From positions 1 to 34,519 of the forward strand of contig JBHHVU010000032.1 of assembly GCA_046754465.1 (NCBI GenBank): a stretch of DNA of 34,519 bases, written 5' to 3'. Made by a program: the position numbers and the translations under genes. Positions 29,240 through 34,519 of this stretch are shown here, piece after piece (the stretch's first letter is position 1; each line of letters starts with the position of its first letter). This DNA is from Nitrospinaceae bacterium (lineage in GTDB: Bacteria; Nitrospinota; Nitrospinia; Nitrospinales; VA-1). Under the pieces are notes generated by a model that saw only the letters and a program-made list of their open reading frames with translations, searched no databases and was not told the DNA's origin.

Positions 29240-31387
29240 ATGGAAAAGTGGACCATTGATGATGCGCGCGAACATTACCACATCAATGGTTGGGGTGCGG
29301 GTTTTTTTGACATCAACCAAAAGGGCAATATCGTTGTTCAACCCAAACGGAACAAGGAGCACGTCATCGACCTGAAGCATTTGGTGGAGGACATTCAATC
29401 CAAGGGTTACACCCTGCCCGTATTGCTCCGGTTTTCCGATATTCTGCGGGCCAGCATCACCAACCTCGCCTCCGTGTTCCAAAACGCCATCGAGGAGTAC
29501 AACTACAAAGGCCATTACCAGGGGATTTACCCCATCAAGGTCAACCAGCAGCGTCAGGTGGTCGAGGAAGTGGTCAAGTTCGGCCGCCCATACAACATCG
29601 GCCTGGAAGCCGGATCCAAACCGGAACTGCACGCCATCCTGGCGATCATGGACAATCCGGAAGCCCTGCTGATCTGCAACGGCTACAAGGATGAGCCATT
29701 CATCCGGCTGGCTCTGATGAGTCAGAAACTGGGGAAAAAAGTATTTATCGTGGTGGAAAAGCTGGACGAGCTGGAGCTGATCCTACAGGTGGCCCGGGAA
29801 ATCGGCGTGCGGCCGAACATCGGCTTGAGGATCAAGCTGGTTAGCGCGGGCGCGGGGCGCTGGGCCACGTCCGGCGGGGAATACTCCAAATTCGGCCTGA
29901 ATCCCATGGAGTTGGTGGATGCCCTGCTAATCGCCGAAAAAAACGGGATTCTGGACTGGATCCAATTGATCCATTTCCACCTGGGCAGCCAGATCACCAA
30001 CATCCGCCGCATCAAGAACAGTCTCAAGGAAGTGGGCCGTTATTATTCAGAACTGATGCGGCACGGGTGCAACATCCAATATATCGATGTCGGAGGGGGA
30101 CTGGGAGTGGACTATGACGGGTCCCGGTCGACCTACCCTTCCAGCACCAATTACTCGGTCCAGGAATACGCCAATGATGTGGTGTATCATTTACTCGAAA
30201 TCTGCGAAAACGAGAACCTGCCCCATCCCAACATCCTTTCCGAGTCCGGGCGGGCGATGACCGCTTACCACTCGATCCTGGTGGTCAACGTGCTCGATGT
30301 CACCTCCTTTCCCGAATGGAACAGCCATATAGAGGTGGCAGAAGACGCCCCGACCGTGGTGCACGAAATGTTCGATGTTCTGGAAACCACCTCCAACAAG
30401 AACCTGATCGAATCCTGGCACGATGCCCTCCACCTCAAGGAGGAAGCCCAGAACCAGTTCTTGCTGGGCCTGATCCCCCTGAAAGACCGGGCCCTGGCGG
30501 AACGCATTTTCTGGGGCATTAGCCGCAAGATCGAAAAACTCGCCACCCAGCTCAAATACATGCCCGACGAAATAAAATCGCTGCGCATTAACCTGGCGGA
30601 CAAATATTTCTGCAACTTCTCCGTATTTCAATCGGTACCCGATTCATGGGCCATCGATCATGTATTTCCGGTGGTTCCCCTGCAACGGCTCAACGAGGAA
30701 CCCACCCGCGAGGCGACGGTGGAAGACATCACCTGTGATTCCGACGGCCACATCGACACCTTCATTGGCAACCAGCGGGGAACCGAAAAATCCCTCCGCG
30801 TCCATACCTGGAAACCTGGGGAGCCCTACCAATTCGGTATTTTCCTGATCGGCGCGTACCAGGAAATTCTCGGCGACCTGCACAATCTTTTCGGCGATAC
30901 CAATACCTTCCACGTGTCTCTCAAGGAAGACGGGTCCTTGAACTACGAACAAATCATCGAAGGGGAAGATGTGACGGATGTTCTCGATTACGTCCAGTTC
31001 CGGGCGGACGAATTGGCGGGCCGGGTAGCGGGTTTCCTCGTAGGCTGCGTGGAAAATGGAACCGTTTCGCAGAAAGAAGCCGATGAATACCTCGCCCTGT
31101 ACAAGGAAGGACTCAACGGTTACACCTATCTCATCAAACCTTCCCCGGCCCGGGGGCCGGAAGAACGTTCAGGAACCTTAAACGTCCCGCAGAATCCTGA
31201 CCATGTCCTGGTGGACCCGCCCGTTGCTGGCCAGGACGTCCCGGTCATAGATGCTGAAGGGAGAGCCGTCCAGGCGGGTGACCTCCCCTCCGGCCTCGCG
31301 CACCAGCAAGACCCCCGCGGCGACATCCCAGGGGTGGAGCCGCATTTCCCAGAATCCCTCGAACCGCCCCATGGCGGTATAACATAA
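29240..31387 (+). CDS. speA: Biosynthetic arginine decarboxylase with an anomalous C-terminal extension
   Basis: YPIKVNQ, GLEAGSKPEL, CNGYKD, HFHLGSQI, DVGGGLGVDYDGS, TCDSDG, GAYQEILGDLHNLFGD. The family-like end GYTYL is at about 31132. Confidence 0.95.
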   Translation: MEKWTIDDAREHYHINGWGAGFFDINQKGNIVVQPKRNKEHVIDLKHLVEDIQSKGYTLPVLLRFSDILRASITNLASVFQNAIEEYNYKGHYQGIYPIKVNQQRQVVEEVVKFGRPYNIGLEAGSKPELHAILAIMDNPEALLICNGYKDEPFIRLALMSQKLGKKVFIVVEKLDELELILQVAREIGVRPNIGLRIKLVSAGAGRWATSGGEYSKFGLNPMELVDALLIAEKNGILDWIQLIHFHLGSQITNIRRIKNSLKEVGRYYSELMRHGCNIQYIDVGGGLGVDYDGSRSTYPSSTNYSVQEYANDVVYHLLEICENENLPHPNILSESGRAMTAYHSILVVNVLDVTSFPEWNSHIEVAEDAPTVVHEMFDVLETTSNKNLIESWHDALHLKEEAQNQFLLGLIPLKDRALAERIFWGISRKIEKLATQLKYMPDEIKSLRINLADKYFCNFSVFQSVPDSWAIDHVFPVVPLQRLNEEPTREATVEDITCDSDGHIDTFIGNQRGTEKSLRVHTWKPGEPYQFGIFLIGAYQEILGDLHNLFGDTNTFHVSLKEDGSLNYEQIIEGEDVTDVLDYVQFRADELAGRVAGFLVGCVENGTVSQKEADEYLALYKEGLNGYTYLIKPSPARGPEERSGTLNVPQNPDHVLVDPPVAGQDVPVIDAEGRAVQAGDLPSGLAHQQDPRGDIPGVEPHFPESLEPPHGGIT

Positions 31388-31954
31388 ATCGATGGCGGCG
31401 GAACCGGGGCGGCGCAGGGCCTGGCACGCCTTCAGGAACCGGGAAAATTCCTTCAAATTATTGTTAGGGGAACGGACGACTTCGGGGGTGAACCCGGTAA
31501 CCAGGAGGCTTTCCTTGAGATCGGAAATCGCGGAGACCGAGATCGGCTCTGAATTGAGCGTCGCCCCCTGGCCTTTCTCGGCGGCAAAAAGCTCGTCCAG
31601 GCTGGGATTGTACACGACGCCCACAACCACTTCGCCTGCCTCCTCCAGCGCGATAGAAACACAATAACAAGGGACCCCGTGCGCATAATTGATGGTGCCG
31701 TCCAGCGGATCGATGATCCATTTCCTGGGGGACTTGGTGCCCTGGCTGGTTCCCGATTCCTCGGCGAGAAAATCGTGATCGGGGAAACGCTGTTTGATAA
31801 TGCGGATGATTTCCTGTTCGCATAAGTAATCCACCTCAGTGACGAGATCGTGTCCTCCCTTGGGGGAAATTTTTCCGATATTTTTTTTTCGGTCACTCTG
31901 GATCCGGCCCGCGGCCAGGGCCGCTTCAATGGCTACCGCCAGGGCTCCCTTCAT
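31178..31954 (-). CDS. suhB: Inositol monophosphatase family protein
   Basis: DLVTEVD, AEES, WIIDPLDGTINYAHG, RRPGSAAIDL, WDVAAG. Confidence 0.92.
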   Translation of the reverse strand: MKGALAVAIEAALAAGRIQSDRKKNIGKISPKGGHDLVTEVDYLCEQEIIRIIKQRFPDHDFLAEESGTSQGTKSPRKWIIDPLDGTINYAHGVPCYCVSIALEEAGEVVVGVVYNPSLDELFAAEKGQGATLNSEPISVSAISDLKESLLVTGFTPEVVRSPNNNLKEFSRFLKACQALRRPGSAAIDLCYTAMGRFEGFWEMRLHPWDVAAGVLLVREAGGEVTRLDGSPFSIYDRDVLASNGRVHQDMVRILRDV

Positions 31955-33027
31955 TCAATCCAACCCCCGCCGACGATGCAGTCGTTCCGGTAAAACACGG
32001 CGGACTGACCGGGGGCAACGGCCATCTGCGGTTCCTCGAATTCCACACGTGCCCGGCGGTCCTCAAGCGGGGTCACCCGGGCGGGAACGGCTTCGTGACG
32101 ATAGCGGATCTTCACCTCAGCGCGGAAAGGTTCCGAGGGCGGCAGGTACCAGTTGGTTTGCCCCGTCATCAAATCCTCGCGTAACAATTCCTGTTTCGGA
32201 CCCACGGTGATGCGGTTGTTTTCGGGATCGATGTGGGTCACGAAATAAGGTTCTTTCAAGCCCCCCAGGTTGAGGCCTTTCCTCTGGCCGATGGTGAACG
32301 CGGGGTACCCGCGGTGCTTTCCCAGAACCGTCCCCGAGGAATCGACGATCTCCCCCTCCCGAAAACCCGTTCCGTTGACCTGCCGTGCGATGAATTTCGC
32401 GTAATCGTTGTCCGGAATGAAACAGATCTCGCGCGATTCCGGTTTTTCGGCCACATTCAATCCGAGCGACAGGGCGATCCGGCGCACGTCCCTCTTTTCC
32501 ATATCCCCCAGGGGGAACTCCAGCCGGGAGAGCTGATCCTGCGACAGGTTGAACAGAAAATAACTCTGGTCGCGGGTGCGGTCCCTCCCCCGCCGCACGG
32601 TGAACCTTCCCGACCCATCTTTCACGATGGAGGCGTAATGGCCCGTGGCCACGCGCCGAACGCCAAACCCCTCAGCTTTCCGGATCAGGTCATCGAACTT
32701 CAACTTCTGGTTGCACAGGGTGCAGGGGATGGGTGTCCGGGCCTGGAGGTATTCCGAGATAAAATAATCGACCACCTCTTCCCTGAACTCCTTTTCCAGA
32801 TTCAGGATATAAAAGGGGATATCGAGCCGGCCGGCGACCCGCCGGGCGTCGGCCAAGTCGTCCAGGGAACAACAGGTGCCGAACCGCTCATCGGTCTCCG
32901 AGTTGTAGTTCCACAACTGCAGTGAGATTCCGACGACCTCGCAGCCCGCATTTTTAATCAGCGCGGCGGCGACGGAACTGTCGACCCCGCCGCTCATCGC
33001 CACCACAATTTTTTCTTTATCGTTCAT
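31951..33027 (-). CDS. mnmA: tRNA 2-thiouridine(34) synthase
   Basis: VAMSGGVDSS, TPIPCTLCNQKLKF, ATGHYA, DQSYFL, ESREICF, TIGQRKGL, PGQSAVFY. ATG 33027 preferred. Confidence 0.96.
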   Translation of the reverse strand: MNDKEKIVVAMSGGVDSSVAAALIKNAGCEVVGISLQLWNYNSETDERFGTCCSLDDLADARRVAGRLDIPFYILNLEKEFREEVVDYFISEYLQARTPIPCTLCNQKLKFDDLIRKAEGFGVRRVATGHYASIVKDGSGRFTVRRGRDRTRDQSYFLFNLSQDQLSRLEFPLGDMEKRDVRRIALSLGLNVAEKPESREICFIPDNDYAKFIARQVNGTGFREGEIVDSSGTVLGKHRGYPAFTIGQRKGLNLGGLKEPYFVTHIDPENNRITVGPKQELLREDLMTGQTNWYLPPSEPFRAEVKIRYRHEAVPARVTPLEDRRARVEFEEPQMAVAPGQSAVFYRNDCIVGGGWIE

Positions 33028-33096
33028 GAACCGCTTTGTTCCCTGGAAATACAAAAGGGGAATTAATGGAAAACGGGAGATGCCAGCACCCATCCG

Positions 33097-33702
33097 CTAA
33101 GGTAAAGGGGGACACCCTTCAGAAACCCGGTAACGGTAGATGGAAAGGCAGGTATCCCCCAACCTCCGCTGGCTGGCCAAAACCAGTGTATCATAATTTT
33201 TTCGCAGGATATTTTTGTGGTGATGCTCCACCACCACACGCGAAGTGCCCGTCAACAAATCCGACGCCGCCAACGCGGTCAGGCAAGGTTCGTAGAGGCC
33301 TTCCGCGAAAGGCGGATCGACATACACCAGGTCAAAAAGGTATCCCCTTTTCCGAAGAAGGGGGACCGCCCGCAGGGCATCGCATTTCAGGAGGACCCAG
33401 TTTTTTTCCCCGGCGGGATCCTTTTCTAGCCCGAAATGGCATTTTTCGAGATTTCGGCAAATCAGGTCCCAGGCCCGGCAGTCGTTTTCGACGAAAACCA
33501 CCTTCTCCGCGCCCCGGCTCAGCGCTTCGATCCCGATATTTCCCGTACCGGCAAACAGGTCGAGAAAGACCTCCCCGTCCAGCCGCTGTCCGATCTGATT
33601 GAACAGGGATTCCTTCACGCGGTCCAGGGTGGGCCGCAGGTCCACTTTCTTCAGTCCCACCAGCCGGGTTCCTTTCGCCTTTCCCGCGATCACTCGCACC
33701 AT
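33097..33702 (-). CDS. rsmD: 16S rRNA (guanine966-N2)-methyltransferase
   Basis: RVIAGKAKG, RPTLDRVKESLFN, LDLFAGTGNIGIEALSRGA, DPPF; ATG 33702 behind GGGAGG. Confidence 0.93.
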   Translation of the reverse strand: MVRVIAGKAKGTRLVGLKKVDLRPTLDRVKESLFNQIGQRLDGEVFLDLFAGTGNIGIEALSRGAEKVVFVENDCRAWDLICRNLEKCHFGLEKDPAGEKNWVLLKCDALRAVPLLRKRGYLFDLVYVDPPFAEGLYEPCLTALAASDLLTGTSRVVVEHHHKNILRKNYDTLVLASQRRLGDTCLSIYRYRVSEGCPPLP

Positions 33703-33896
33703 TCCCTCCCCAAACCCGGACCGGTGTTGGCGGAAACTATCGATACCGAGAACCCCCGACCGCCCGGAATTCCGAAAAACCAGGGGCCATAAAGAAGCTG
33801 GCCGGTGGTTGGCGGGGGCAAGGGGTCCCAAAAATCCATGCCCCTACGAGGAAATAAATCAAGAGATTTCAATTCCGTTCCCACCTGGAAATAAAT

Positions 33897-33925
33897 TTGA
33901 CAGAAAATTGATATAAACTTATCAT
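33897..33925 (+). promoter_or_regulatory. Putative sigma70 promoter of tRNA-Gln
   Basis: TTGACA (33897-33902), 17 nt, TATCAT (33920-33925). Confidence 0.65.
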
Positions 33926-33951
33926 GAAATTGAAATTCAAGGAATCAACGC

Positions 33952-34025
33952 TCGGGCATCGTCTAATGGTAGGACGTCAGGTTCTGGCCCTGAAAGTTGA
34001 GGTTCGAATCCTTATGCCCGAGCCA
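33952..34025 (+). tRNA. tRNA-Gln (anticodon CTG)
   Basis: Acceptor stem TCGGGCA/TGCCCGA, D arm GTCTAATGGTAGGAC, anticodon arm TCAGG-TTCTGGC-CCTGA, T arm TGAGG-TTCGAAT-CCTTA, encoded CCA. Confidence 0.95.
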
Positions 34026-34063
34026 TTTCCTTTTTCCTAGAGATCCCGTCGAAATCTTATCTT

Positions 34064-34519
34064 ATGAATATCTACCGAAACCCCTTTATAGTCAGTTTAT
34101 GGGCGCCGGTTTACCTTTTGGTTGCCGCGGGCACGGTCACCCACGATTTTCTGATGGCCGCGATGTATATCATGGTGACCCTCGGTATTATCGGCGCTTA
34201 CGTGACGGAATTTCCCCTGCTTCCCTCCTTGTATATGAATGAGGTGGCCCATAAAACGGCCATTTCCGCATTATTGGGAATGCTATTGGGATTGCTCCTG
34301 TTTTTACTGTCCCTCGGAGTCCAGGACCAGGCGGATTCCAGTCCCATGTCGGCACAGGGAAAGTTTTTATTTACGTGGGGCGTGATGTCCCTTCCGGCCT
34401 ATCCGCTCATGGTTTTCCTGATTTCACGAGTGAACAAGCGCGATCTGGAGTCCGAACAAAAAGCCCGGGAAGAAAAGAAAAAACAAAAGCGCACCAAGGG
34501 AGGCGGTCCGCCGATCATG
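34064..34519 (+). CDS. Hypothetical membrane protein, truncated by the window end
   Basis: Not in the ORF track; hand translation MNIYRNPFIVSLWAPVYLLVAAG...KRTKGGGPPIM is open to the edge, with about four hydrophobic segments and a basic tail. Confidence 0.7.
   Translation, partial: MNIYRNPFIVSLWAPVYLLVAAGTVTHDFLMAAMYIMVTLGIIGAYVTEFPLLPSLYMNEVAHKTAISALLGMLLGLLLFLLSLGVQDQADSSPMSAQGKFLFTWGVMSLPAYPLMVFLISRVNKRDLESEQKAREEKKKQKRTKGGGPPIM

Noticed and set aside
33997..34242. 81-aa ORF in the track
   Set aside because: It starts inside the tRNA and overlaps the better membrane-protein frame starting at 34064.
33952..34519. Island integrated at tRNA-Gln
   Set aside because: No integrase and no duplicated tRNA 3' end within the window; the downstream gene looks host-like. 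Sequence beyond the edge cannot be assessed.

Overview
A mostly core-genome bacterial window, GC-rich overall. Gene content suggests Nitrospinota or a deltaproteobacterium-like lineage, but that is inference only. In order it holds: a partial coiled-coil gene; xerC-hslV-hslU-argB; hrcA-grpE with no dnaK; a ~1.5 kb AT-richer insert (6517-7985); mutM; a B12-binding radical SAM gene; ilvD; a hypothetical gene; an EbdC/NxrC-like heme b lipoprotein; an M16 peptidase; dnaE; ald; an LRR protein; a 37-aa membrane peptide; an ATE/Bpt-like transferase; a TIGR04283-like glycosyltransferase; a Cys/His-rich redox operon (CYCxC protein, TlpA, His-rich exported protein, orphan cytochrome b, glutaredoxin-like protein, PhhB); lysA; speA; suhB-mnmA-rsmD; tRNA-Gln(CTG); and a partial membrane protein. 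The most unusual part is the insert. It has two unrelated single-gene cassettes, a Tat-exported superoxide-reductase-like protein and a protein with a HEPN-like RxxxxH motif. Each sits behind a copy of the same structured leader repeat, and the region is bracketed by nested GACAGGAT and CCCCCTTT/AAAGGGGG inverted repeats with no transposase. Other points: the Rieske-less cytochrome b has PPWQ in place of PEWY, and speA reads 210 nt into suhB, which a single extra base would explain. All calls come from reading the sequence by eye; no database searches were run.
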